IMG/VR virus record: IMGVR_UViG_3300035696_000033
DNA length: 64,000 bases
Reading direction: 5' to 3' (one strand)
Origin: an uncultured virus (IMG/VR IMGVR_UViG_3300035696_000033)
Lineage: Duplodnaviria; Heunggongvirae; Uroviricota; Caudoviricetes
Both the position numbers and the translations under genes were made by a program. The notes beneath the pieces are model-generated. The model was not told the DNA's origin. It ran no database searches and worked only from the letters and a program-made list of their open reading frames with translations. Below, piece after piece: positions 20,697 to 28,713 of the stretch. Position 1 is the stretch's first letter; each line of letters begins with the position of its first letter.

Positions 20697-20944
20697 CAAC
20701 CGCAAACGAAAACTCTCCCGGCAAACCTGAAGGCGTAATCACGTCAGCTTCGGCGCGGGTGTCCGTGCGCCTAAAGGCATCCGACTGGGAAACCCTTGTC
20801 AACTTCGTGCAGGGTGACATAAGCAACATGGACATCGCCGACCCAAACCGCACCGACACCGAGAAAATCCTAAACGTAATCCGGCTCGCTCTGGCTAAAG
20901 CGCCGAACGAAAAAGCTGAGCGGCCCGCGACCAAGACGCCATGA
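20693..20944 (+). CDS. Cassette-borne hypothetical protein
   Basis: ATGA-coupled at both ends inside attC sites. Confidence 0.55.
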   Translation: MTTANENSPGKPEGVITSASARVSVRLKASDWETLVNFVQGDISNMDIADPNRTDTEKILNVIRLALAKAPNEKAERPATKTP

Positions 20945-20992
20945 ATAACACTGAAAACGCCAACGCGGGTTCGCTCCGGCGACTTGTTGTGC
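20902..20992 (-). repeat. attC site
   Basis: GCCGAAC GAAAAAGCTGAGCGGCCCGCG...CGCGGGTTCGCTCCGGCGACTT GTTGTGC. Confidence 0.85.
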
Positions 20993-21195
20993 CGCTGGTC
21001 GAAATTCTCGAAAAAGACATCGCCCGGCTGAAAACGCATCTCAAAATGTGGGAGGCCACAGGTAACCCGATGGTCATGCCAAGCGACGGCCAGTGTCGAA
21101 TACTCATAGACGATTTAGAAATAGTCGTCGCCGCGCTGAAGCGGCACAACGCGGGAGCTGACGCACCCGCGACCAACGATAAACGAACTCTATGA
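20941..21195 (+). CDS. Cassette-borne hypothetical protein
   Basis: Starts inside attC 20902-20992 and stops inside attC 21144-21252. Confidence 0.6.
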   Translation: MNNTENANAGSLRRLVVPLVEILEKDIARLKTHLKMWEATGNPMVMPSDGQCRILIDDLEIVVAALKRHNAGADAPATNDKRTL

Positions 21196-21252
21196 AACCC
21201 TCTCGAACAACTGACAGCGCCAACGCGGGTTGCGTCCGGCGACTTGTTAGGC
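21144..21252 (-). repeat. attC site
   Basis: GCACAAC..GCTGACGCACCCGCG...CGCGGGTTGCGTCCGGCGACTT GTTAGGC. Confidence 0.85.
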
Positions 21253-21311
21253 CACTGGTCGAAATAACAAAAAGTCTGGTCCGGCAAAAAACGTAATGAA
21301 ATCAACATAAA

Positions 21312-21530
21312 ATGAGCAAACAACCATCAAAACAGGCCAAATCCGGTCCGGGTATCAAAACCCGCAAACAAAAGCAAAAACGCGACGAACTAACATCGGC
21401 ATGTATCGGACTGCTAGTTGGCAACTTCCATTGCGATGCCTGCCACCTCAAGCGACGAATCTTCGATGAACTGTTCAAGCGAAAAATAATGGACGTAAAT
21501 CAGCACGGCCAAATGGTCGAAGTGGCCTAA
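21312..21530 (+). CDS. Cassette-borne hypothetical protein
   Basis: Stop codon is the TAA of GCCTAAC; CDAC motif. Confidence 0.55.
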   Translation: MSKQPSKQAKSGPGIKTRKQKQKRDELTSACIGLLVGNFHCDACHLKRRIFDELFKRKIMDVNQHGQMVEVA

Positions 21531-21711
21531 CGCCCGCATGAGCGAACCCCCAACCCGCGATGCCCAATAACCAACAACTCTACGCGCAAACCTGCGGTGG
21601 CAATGGGGGTTCGCTCCATGACGGCACGCCAGTCATGGGCGCGTGCAAGAAGCATCAAGACGAACTCGCAACAAAACTCAAATGGCAAATACAGCCACAA
21701 ACGCCGATTTG

Positions 21712-21819
21712 GCACAACGACCGGAGCTGAGACGCCCCGGAACTACGATATGAAAAAACCAAAATCCAAAGCAAAAACTGCAAGGCGTAATCCGGGTCGT
21801 CTCCAGCGACTTGTTAGGC
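21712..21819 (-). repeat. attC site
   Basis: GCACAAC..GCTGAGACGCCCCGGA...TCCGGGTCGTCTCCAGCGACTT GTTAGGC. Confidence 0.85.
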
Positions 21820-22094
21820 GACCCGTGCGTGAATACACCGTTGAAATGTGGCGCACGATGGGAGTGATGCGCCATAAATGTGAGGCGGCATCGCGGGACG
21901 AAGCCATCGAAATAATGCTGACTCATCTGCCGCCTGACTACCGAATAGTGCTCGTGACTACCGCAGCACAAGCCAAACGGAAACGCGGCCACACATATAG
22001 TGGGCGGTGCGTGGTCTGCAAAAAACACATCTATGATGAAACCGGATGCGAACATCCAAAGCCTCACCACTATGCCTGCGGTGAAGTCGCCTAA
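21750..22094 (+). CDS. Cassette-borne Cys/His-rich hypothetical protein
   Basis: ATG inside attC; CVVCKKH..C motif; stop in GCCTAAC. Confidence 0.55.
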   Translation: MKKPKSKAKTARRNPGRLQRLVRRPVREYTVEMWRTMGVMRHKCEAASRDEAIEIMLTHLPPDYRIVLVTTAAQAKRKRGHTYSGRCVVCKKHIYDETGCEHPKPHHYACGEVA

Positions 22095-22187
22095 CGTATG
22101 AAGCTGAGCCACCGCCGACTCTGGACGCTGACCGCGATAGCGGAACTGACCGCGCTAACGGCGGTTGGCTCCGGCGACTTGTTAGGC
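22089..22187 (-). repeat. attC site
   Basis: GCCTAAC..GCTGAGCCACCGCCG...CGGCGGTTGGCTCCGGCGACTT GTTAGGC. Confidence 0.9.
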
Positions 22188-22214
22188 AGCAACTCGTGAA
22201 CTGACATAAAAAAT

Positions 22215-22460
22215 ATGATAACTGAACAAACAACCTATCAGCCCGAAATCTGGTCTGTCAAAAAGGACGACATCTACGCCGCAATCACGGCGATAGAATC
22301 CGGCATCTGCTACGCGCAAGAATGTCTCGCCACTCACGACCAATCTCTCGGACGAACCACCCGCAAAAACAAAAGCTCTGCGGAGCGCATGGAATCTGAC
22401 CTGCGGCAAATGTCGCTCGCTCATGCCGCGCTACGCTTGCTGCCTAACGAAAAAAGCTGA
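22215..22460 (+). CDS. Cassette-borne hypothetical protein
   Basis: Ends LLPNEKS*, stop is the TGA of the attC GCTGAG box. Confidence 0.6.
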   Translation: MITEQTTYQPEIWSVKKDDIYAAITAIESGICYAQECLATHDQSLGRTTRKNKSSAERMESDLRQMSLAHAALRLLPNEKS

Positions 22461-22552
22461 GCCACCGGCAACCCGTGGCAAACGAACTTATGAAAACCCC
22501 TGCGAATAAAAAGAAAACTGCAATGCCGGTTGGCTCCGGCGCTTGGTTAGGC
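22442..22552 (-). repeat. attC site
   Basis: GCCTAAC GAAAAAAGCTGAGCCACCGGCA...TGCCGGTTGGCTCCGGCGCTTG GTTAGGC. Confidence 0.9.
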
Positions 22553-22771
22553 TGCGTCGAACCAAGACTGACTCCAATCTTCACAGAACTCCGCAAGCTC
22601 CACCACGAATGCGAGGCGGCAAATGAAGGCCGAATCGCTTGGGAAATCTCGCAAGGCATCCGCGCCTTGGATGAAGCTGTATATCTCGCCAAGCTGTATA
22701 TCAGCGGCAAGCCACTACCAACGCTGGCGTCAATGCGGGGCATACTCAAGCGGCCTAACGAAAAAAGCTGA
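22490..22771 (+). CDS. Cassette-borne hypothetical protein
   Basis: ATG within attC; ends KRPNEKS* in the next attC. Confidence 0.55.
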   Translation: MKTPANKKKTAMPVGSGAWLGCVEPRLTPIFTELRKLHHECEAANEGRIAWEISQGIRALDEAVYLAKLYISGKPLPTLASMRGILKRPNEKS

Positions 22772-22851
22772 GCCACCGCCGACCTGCGACGTGAACCGCG
22801 ATAGCGGAACTGCAAGCGCCAACGGCGGTTGGCTCCGGCGACTTGTTAGGC
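22753..22851 (-). repeat. attC site
   Basis: GCCTAAC GAAAAAAGCTGAGCCACCGCCG...CGGCGGTTGGCTCCGGCGACTT GTTAGGC; close to the 22089-22187 copy. Confidence 0.9.
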
Positions 22852-22879
22852 GTCTGAAACGGAAAACTGAAATAAAAAT

Positions 22880-23092
22880 ATGGCATATCAAAAGAAAGCT
22901 CCAATGAAGCGCGAAATCTTTTTCTCGCAACGAATGGACATGGCTCGCCGCGCCGAAGCGTGGTGCGTCGAACGTGGCGCAGCACTCTCATCTGGCAACA
23001 TCGTGACGGCTCTTGTCAGCATGGGAATCATCAAAAAATATACGGCGGCAAAGACGCCTAACATTGTAATAGGCAACCAATCCGCGAAATGA
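22880..23092 (+). CDS. Hypothetical protein of the attI-proximal cassette
   Basis: Payload bounded by GTTAGGCGTCT (22845) and AGACGCCTAAC (23062). Confidence 0.55.
   Translation: MAYQKKAPMKREIFFSQRMDMARRAEAWCVERGAALSSGNIVTALVSMGIIKKYTAAKTPNIVIGNQSAK
23056..23074 (-). other. attI-like recombination site
   Basis: - strand GCCTATT-ACAAT-GTTAGGC resembles the attI1 core CCCTAAA-ACAAA-GTTRRRY and terminates the array. Confidence 0.65.
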
Positions 23093-23403
23093 AAGACGCA
23101 AGCTATTGGCAGAGAAGGAAATCCGCAAGGCAGCGTTGGAGTTTCAATGCTTGTCGGAAGCGTGAACGGAACAGGGTTGAGCGTGCCAACGCACCATTGC
23201 CGGACGAACGAATCCACCACGCTTCCAAGCCGCGCCGATCTCGCCCTGATTTGAAGGTGATTCTTGAACGGAGGGACGGGATGCGGATTCAGTTCTCGTT
23301 GCATAATTTTTACGGAAAACTTGTCGGCCAAACCGTAAACATGAGTCCGAAACAGTTTGGCCGTCGGCTTGGAGAAATTTTCAACCTTTGGTGCATGGCA
23401 TGA
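23089..23403 (+). CDS. Basic hypothetical protein
   Basis: ATGA-coupled on both sides. Confidence 0.55.
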   Translation: MKDASYWQRRKSARQRWSFNACRKRERNRVERANAPLPDERIHHASKPRRSRPDLKVILERRDGMRIQFSLHNFYGKLVGQTVNMSPKQFGRRLGEIFNLWCMA

Positions 23404-24053
23404 AAATCAGCGCATTAATTCCAAGCCGAGGAAACCCGAAAGAATTGCGGGACACAATATCGAACCTGTTTTCCACGGCACGGAGCCCAGAATTGCTGGA
23501 GGTGGTTGTGCGGTTGGATGAAGACGACCCGACATTTCTGGACTACGAAAGATGCTTCCGTCCGGGTGTGCACTGGATCATGGGTCCGCGACTGGGATAT
23601 GCGCGGATTCACGAGTATTACGAGGAGTGTTACAAGCTGTCCATCGGCGACCTGATCCTGGCTTACAACGACGACGTGGAAATGATGACGACCGGATGGG
23701 ACGAGGCCTACCGCACGGCGCTGGCCCCGGTGAAGTTTGGAGTGGCATCGGCGGCGGTGGACGAGGGCAACGGCACGAATTACGCCTGGGCGATGCCGAT
23801 GGTCAAGCGCGAGTTGTGTGAGCGGATTGGCCGGTTCTGCGCGGGGGTGGAAACCTGCGACCGGATATTTGACGCCTACGCGCGGTTAAGCGGCCGCGGC
23901 GCAACGGCCCGAGTGAAGATGATCCACCGGTGGCATCCGCCGGCACCGGGCGGCGAGCGCGATAAAATCTACAACCACGCGACAAGCCACTGGGGGGAGA
24001 TGACGGCAAAGTGGGATGCGTCCGCGCGGGAAATGATGGAGATGACGAAGTGA
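23400..24053 (+). CDS. GT2-like glycosyltransferase
   Basis: MKISALIPSRG, VRLDEDD, GDLILAYNDD. Confidence 0.85.
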   Translation: MKISALIPSRGNPKELRDTISNLFSTARSPELLEVVVRLDEDDPTFLDYERCFRPGVHWIMGPRLGYARIHEYYEECYKLSIGDLILAYNDDVEMMTTGWDEAYRTALAPVKFGVASAAVDEGNGTNYAWAMPMVKRELCERIGRFCAGVETCDRIFDAYARLSGRGATARVKMIHRWHPPAPGGERDKIYNHATSHWGEMTAKWDASAREMMEMTK

Positions 24054-24268
24054 CGCTCAAGCTGACCTTTCTTGGCTCAACGACACTGGCGCGACGCTAC
24101 CGGCACTGTAACGGCATCATCCAATGGGTTCCGCGGTCAGTGTGCCCCAAAAACTTCAAGCACGGCGACAAGGCGGGCGACCTGCACGAGGTCACCATTG
24201 AGGACTGGTGGCTCAAGGCAAACCCGTTTGAAAAGCCGGCGTCCAAGGGACAGCAAAACCTGCTATGA
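24050..24268 (+). CDS. Small hypothetical protein
   Basis: GTGA overlap; WVPRS..VTIEDWWL pattern common in small phage proteins. Confidence 0.55.
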   Translation: MTLKLTFLGSTTLARRYRHCNGIIQWVPRSVCPKNFKHGDKAGDLHEVTIEDWWLKANPFEKPASKGQQNLL

Positions 24269-24504
24269 CCGCCACCTACAATGCCGAACGCCAGAAAATT
24301 TACAACCGGCGCGCGCGTGAAAAGAAGGCAATGATCAAACGCATCAGCCGCGAGCTTGACGCGGCGATTGAGGCGCTGGAAAGGCTGCCCAAATGTTGCG
24401 CCTGTCAGTCCCCTGGCGCGCAGTGCGACCACACGACGCAGCGGAAACTATACACCATTGAAGCGGCCATCGCCCGGTCGCAACTGGCGGAGGCGGAATA
24501 TTGA
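24265..24504 (+). CDS. Small hypothetical protein
   Basis: ATGA overlap; CCAC..C motif. Confidence 0.5.
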   Translation: MTATYNAERQKIYNRRAREKKAMIKRISRELDAAIEALERLPKCCACQSPGAQCDHTTQRKLYTIEAAIARSQLAEAEY

Positions 24505-24797
24505 CCGCGCCCCGGCAACGCTGGACAAGGATCGGATCATTGAAATCCGATGTCACGCTTCACGGGCGGGGCGCCGTCGGCCGCGGCTGGTGGCTGAACT
24601 GGAGGGGCCGGTGCGACTGGTGCCAGCCGAACGAATTTGAAAACATGGAGAGCGTGGAATGGGCGGTGCGCCGCCGTCTGGCCATCGCCGGGCTGGAGCT
24701 GCTTGCGCTGGCATCCAGGCCGCCCCGCAACGAATATCAGGGCCTTTGGGCGCTGGTGAAGAGATGTAAAAAATATGCGCCCCGGTCATTTTCCTAG
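24501..24797 (+). CDS. Small hypothetical protein
   Basis: TTGA overlap with the upstream ORF. Confidence 0.4.
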   Translation: MTAPRQRWTRIGSLKSDVTLHGRGAVGRGWWLNWRGRCDWCQPNEFENMESVEWAVRRRLAIAGLELLALASRPPRNEYQGLWALVKRCKKYAPRSFS

Positions 24798-24861
24798 AAG
24801 TATCTAAAAAAATAACTTGCACACGGTGACGCGATAGGTTAAGAATTGGGCATATCCAAGG
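24790..24861 (+). promoter_or_regulatory. Sigma70-like promoter, class B copy 2
   Basis: TTTCCTAGAA, TTGCAC-N18-AAGAAT, CATATCCAAGG. Confidence 0.5.
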
Positions 24862-24878
24862 CGGCGCGTGGGGTGTGC

Positions 24879-25673
24879 ATGTCCGAACTTTGCGTTCCAT
24901 TGGATTATGAACAGCTGCCAGAACTCTGGCGGTTGCGCAAGGCGCTTGCCGCCCGGTCTGCCGGCGCACCCAATTCCCAGCCTTCCCCCAAGTCCATCGA
25001 GGCGGCGGCAAACTTCCTGTTTGCGCGCCTCTTCGTGACGCTCGGATATCTCGCCAAGTCCACCAACCAGCCCGGGGTGCTGACCGAAACGGGGGGCCAG
25101 CAGCTGCGCGCCTCGCTGGAACCGCTGTTCGGGGACGATTGCGAACCGGTGGCGCTGCTGGCGGAGTGCGGGTTGTTGCAAAAATCGGAAATCGGGAAAT
25201 CGGAAGGCGGAAAAGAATACATCTGTCCCCTGTTCGCCAAGCTGAACCTGCACCTCTCTGGAGACTACAAGCCCGGCCACATCAAGGGGAACGTGAACTC
25301 CCGCCTGTCGGTGGCGATGAAGAACATCGTGGGCGAATCGGCGCAGCAGATGAGGCTGCTGCCGGAGGGGGTCTTCCAGAAGAATGACGGCACGCCCATG
25401 ACGGACATGGAGCGGCAGTCCGCCGTGGTGATCATCCGCACGCTCGACCGCTGCCTGATGAGGCCGTCGCGCGGCAAGTTTGAGTTCAGCGCGGGGCTGA
25501 TGGCGACGGCGCACGACATCGCGACAAGGCACGACCGGGAAAAGCTCAAGTCGTTTTATTTCTGGCTGGCCAACAACTGCGAGCGGCCGGAGATCGCCAG
25601 GGTCCCGGATGAAATCCTGCGAGACTTCGACCATTACTTCGCGCTGGCCCAAGCCGGGGCCCCCGCCCTTTAG
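24879..25673 (+). CDS. Hypothetical protein
   Basis: Long ORF with host-like codon usage downstream of a promoter-like site. Confidence 0.7.
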   Translation: MSELCVPLDYEQLPELWRLRKALAARSAGAPNSQPSPKSIEAAANFLFARLFVTLGYLAKSTNQPGVLTETGGQQLRASLEPLFGDDCEPVALLAECGLLQKSEIGKSEGGKEYICPLFAKLNLHLSGDYKPGHIKGNVNSRLSVAMKNIVGESAQQMRLLPEGVFQKNDGTPMTDMERQSAVVIIRTLDRCLMRPSRGKFEFSAGLMATAHDIATRHDREKLKSFYFWLANNCERPEIARVPDEILRDFDHYFALAQAGAPAL

Positions 25674-25687
25674 CACGAATAACACGC

Positions 25688-27049
25688 ATGCCCCGGGCCA
25701 AAAAGAACACTCCCGCCCAACCGCCGCTGGCGGCCCCCCTGCCCGTTCCCGCGCCGGTCTTTGAGCCGCCGCGGATGGTGCGCTACATCGCGGGTGAGGG
25801 CGACGATGCGGAGGACTGGCAGGCGGAGCGGTTTGACCTTTTGGCGGTGGAATTTGACATCCACGTCCGGTCGGTTGCGGAGGCGGGGGCGGCGCTGGCA
25901 AAATTCCACGCGGTGGCCAGCGAATGTCCCCGCCAGTGGCAGCTGGCGCGCCGGCTGTTTGGCGTGGCCCCGCTGATCCAGTCGCCAGACACCCATCCTG
26001 ACGACATGGAAGTCTGGTCGCGCGAGCGCCTGGCAGCCGATGGATATGAGGTGGATGCGGAGCTGGCGGCGCTGCGGACGATCTGGCGCGATCACCTGAA
26101 CCGGGAAGAACAATCGAAGATGGCGGAGACGGTTTCGACGAAATTATCCGGCGCCGCCCCGTCCGAGGGGGACCTGCCGCTGGACGACAGGTTGTTGGAA
26201 ACATTCCAATTCTCGGAGCGCATTTTCAAAATAAAAGTCTGGGATCCCACCGCGGGCACAGACGGCGCCGGGGCGGAGGTGCCGCGCAGCGACGCCGAAA
26301 ACCGGGTGGAGAGGGACTGGTTTGCGGGCCGTGTCCAGGACTGGCAGAAGATGCTGAAAGACCCCATGGGCGCGCCGGTGGCCCGGTCCGCGCTGATGAA
26401 CGACCTCTACCTGCGGCGGATGGAATATGAAATGGCCGTCTCGCCCTCCAACCGCCGCGAGAAGCTGATGGAACAGCAGCAGCGGCTCACGCGCGATTAC
26501 AACACGAGCATCGAGAAGCTGCAGGAAATGTTCCCCGACATTGCGGTTGCGGGGCGCATTGCATACCGGGCCACGATCAGCGACATCACGGTCGGGCACC
26601 GCGACTATTATGCGCACGGGGACCGCCGACTGGTGGACAAGCTGTTCACCGCGGCGGAAATTGAACTCCAGCTCCGCTCTTCGCTGCAACTGCCGGCGCA
26701 GCACCGGTTCAGCCTTGGCCTCGCCGTTGTGGAGAACCAGCACGGCATGTATGACCCGGAATTTCGCTCCCAGTTCAAGCCGCGTGTTTTGAAAATGATA
26801 GACGCGATGACGAGGGCGGCGCGTGAAGCGGTGCGCGAACTCCAGAACGAGCCGGTGGTGGACCTGGAACGGGGCACCGCCCCGGATGAGCCGGACCAGT
26901 TTGAAGATTTCAACGACGAGCAATGCCGCGAGCCGTTGAAGGACGGAAAAACCTGCGGCCGCTGGCATCCGAACGGGAAAGCGTGCCCCAATGCGAAGAA
27001 CCACCAGGGCGGCCCCATCCCGGCGGCCCCAGATGAAACACGGACATGA
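25688..27049 (+). CDS. Hypothetical protein (packaging region; C-terminal Cys/His motif)
   Basis: 453-aa ORF, helical, C..CGRWH..C. Confidence 0.7.
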   Translation: MPRAKKNTPAQPPLAAPLPVPAPVFEPPRMVRYIAGEGDDAEDWQAERFDLLAVEFDIHVRSVAEAGAALAKFHAVASECPRQWQLARRLFGVAPLIQSPDTHPDDMEVWSRERLAADGYEVDAELAALRTIWRDHLNREEQSKMAETVSTKLSGAAPSEGDLPLDDRLLETFQFSERIFKIKVWDPTAGTDGAGAEVPRSDAENRVERDWFAGRVQDWQKMLKDPMGAPVARSALMNDLYLRRMEYEMAVSPSNRREKLMEQQQRLTRDYNTSIEKLQEMFPDIAVAGRIAYRATISDITVGHRDYYAHGDRRLVDKLFTAAEIELQLRSSLQLPAQHRFSLGLAVVENQHGMYDPEFRSQFKPRVLKMIDAMTRAAREAVRELQNEPVVDLERGTAPDEPDQFEDFNDEQCREPLKDGKTCGRWHPNGKACPNAKNHQGGPIPAAPDETRT

Positions 27050-27561
27050 AAAACCCAATTGCCCAAAAACTTTACGAAACCTATTGCGCCGCCGTTGGCG
27101 GCAAGGCGCCCAATGGCGACCCGCTGCCGCCGTGGGAAGAGCTTGCCTCCGACGAGTTTGCCTCCGACGAGAAGAAGAGGCTCCAGAGCGGCGCGTGGCT
27201 GGCACTGGAACAACAGGTTGAAAACCAGATTGACGCCGCGTTGAAAGCGTTCCGCGCGATGGAGGCGATGGAACTGACAAAGCTGTCGCTTGCGCCGGGC
27301 GACATCGTGCTGGTGACGGTGCCGAAGGAAGCGCCACTCACGCCGCAATTGCAAACTTCGCTCGCCGGCACGTTCACCAATTTGCTCCATGACAAGGGCG
27401 TGCGTGTGCTGATCAAGAACGCGGACATCGCGCTGGAGGTGCTTGCCGACCTGCTGACGGCGGACGACCTGGCGAAGATGGCGCGCCGCATGGAACAGAA
27501 GAAACTTGCGGCGGAAACGCCGCCCGAACAGAAGAAGAACCCCGGATTTGAATCGAATTAA
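27046..27561 (+). CDS. Hypothetical protein
   Basis: ATGA overlap; YETYCAAVGGKAPNGDPLPPWEEL phage-type motif. Confidence 0.65.
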   Translation: MKNPIAQKLYETYCAAVGGKAPNGDPLPPWEELASDEFASDEKKRLQSGAWLALEQQVENQIDAALKAFRAMEAMELTKLSLAPGDIVLVTVPKEAPLTPQLQTSLAGTFTNLLHDKGVRVLIKNADIALEVLADLLTADDLAKMARRMEQKKLAAETPPEQKKNPGFESN

Positions 27562-27574
27562 ACCAAGAAAAATC

Positions 27575-28363
27575 ATGAATCTAATACCCAAGGAAAATCT
27601 TTTCAACGTGGCGGGAACGCCGCTGGCCAATGTCAAATTCCAGTTTGTGACCATGACGCCGGCGCTGGCCGCCGAGCCGCTCAAGGCGAACAAGAAAAAC
27701 CGGCGCGTGAAACAGGACACGGTGGACGCCTACGCGCGCGACATGCGCAATGGCGAGTGGGTGACAAACCACCAGGGCGGCGCGCTTTCGGAGGAGGGGA
27801 ACATTCTGGATTTTCAGCACCGGCTGCTGGCCGTGGTGCAGAGCGGCTGCACCATTGTGATGCTGGTTTCCACGGGCTGGCCGCAGAAGATGCCCAAGCA
27901 AAAGGTGTCGTTGATGGATTCGGTGGACATGGGCTGTCCGCGCAACATCCGAGACCAGATGGAAATGCTGCACGGTTTTGAGGACGCGCGGGTGGTGGTG
28001 AACGTTTCCGGGGGCGTGGCGGGGCTGGTGACCGGCATGGACCGCGTGCGGCGGAAGTCGCCGGCGGCGGTCCTGACGGTGGCGGCGGCGTATGCGAACG
28101 AATTCCGGTGGCTTGAGAAAAACATCGCCACGACCAACGGAATCAAATCGGCAACCATGAGCGCGGTGCTGGGACTGGCGGCGTGGCCGGACGCGACCAG
28201 GGCATTTTATGAACAGCTCAAAACCGGCACGAACCTGACGGCCACCAGCCCCGTGCTGCATCTGCGGCGCGCGAACCAATGGCTGGCGGAATGGATGGCG
28301 CGCGGGTGGATCAGCAACGCGGGATTCCGGCAATACATCCGCACGGCAAAATTTGGGAAATGA
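27575..28363 (+). CDS. ParB/DGQHR-like domain protein
   Basis: MTPALA..NKKNRRV..YARDMRNGEW..NHQG..ILDFQHRLLAV. Confidence 0.7.
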   Translation: MNLIPKENLFNVAGTPLANVKFQFVTMTPALAAEPLKANKKNRRVKQDTVDAYARDMRNGEWVTNHQGGALSEEGNILDFQHRLLAVVQSGCTIVMLVSTGWPQKMPKQKVSLMDSVDMGCPRNIRDQMEMLHGFEDARVVVNVSGGVAGLVTGMDRVRRKSPAAVLTVAAAYANEFRWLEKNIATTNGIKSATMSAVLGLAAWPDATRAFYEQLKTGTNLTATSPVLHLRRANQWLAEWMARGWISNAGFRQYIRTAKFGK

Positions 28364-28713
28364 ATCCAGAGCCTTACAGCGGTCTGCAACGGCGGGAAAT
28401 GTCCGCCGAGGTTTTGGGTTATGAAATCAACGGCTGCTATGAGCGCGGTGTGCGGCTGGTGGAAATTGTTTTTCTGCTGCGCGAGGGACATGGCGTCCGC
28501 GAGACGGCCCGGTTGTCAGAATGCAGCAGTGTCACGGCGGCAAAAATCCGGCGGCAGATGGTGGCGCAGCGTGGTGAAATACGCTGCCGTTGTGGAAAAC
28601 CCTCCACCCACAGGGGTTGGTGCCGGTTCCGGTTTGCAACCTCGCGCCGCCGCCGAATATTTATGAAAAAATGGCAGCGTGGACGCGGTTATTCCCGGAA
28701 TGATCGCCGATAA
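28360..28713 (+). CDS. HTH plus Cys/His finger protein
   Basis: LREGHGVRETARLSECSSVTAAK; CRCGKPSTHRGWC. Confidence 0.6.
   Translation: MNPEPYSGLQRREMSAEVLGYEINGCYERGVRLVEIVFLLREGHGVRETARLSECSSVTAAKIRRQMVAQRGEIRCRCGKPSTHRGWCRFRFATSRRRRIFMKKWQRGRGYSRNDRR

Larger units (their letters stand above)
17966..23074 (-). mobile_element. Integron-like gene-cassette array (attC repeats plus attI-like site, no integrase in window)
   Basis: Repeated RYYYAAC...GTTRRRY imperfect palindromes of 87-111 bp; cassette payload ends are mutually complementary; canonical attC top strand is the - strand. Confidence 0.9.

Noticed and set aside
22444..22991. Minus-strand ORFs ending RWLSFFR as cassette genes
   Set aside because: These are translations of the attC sequences themselves; the + strand ORFs have better starts and coupling
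17966..23074. CRISPR array interpretation of the repeats
   Set aside because: Repeats are 87-111 bp, variable and palindromic with RYYYAAC/GTTRRRY ends, and are separated by gene-sized payloads; no cas genes
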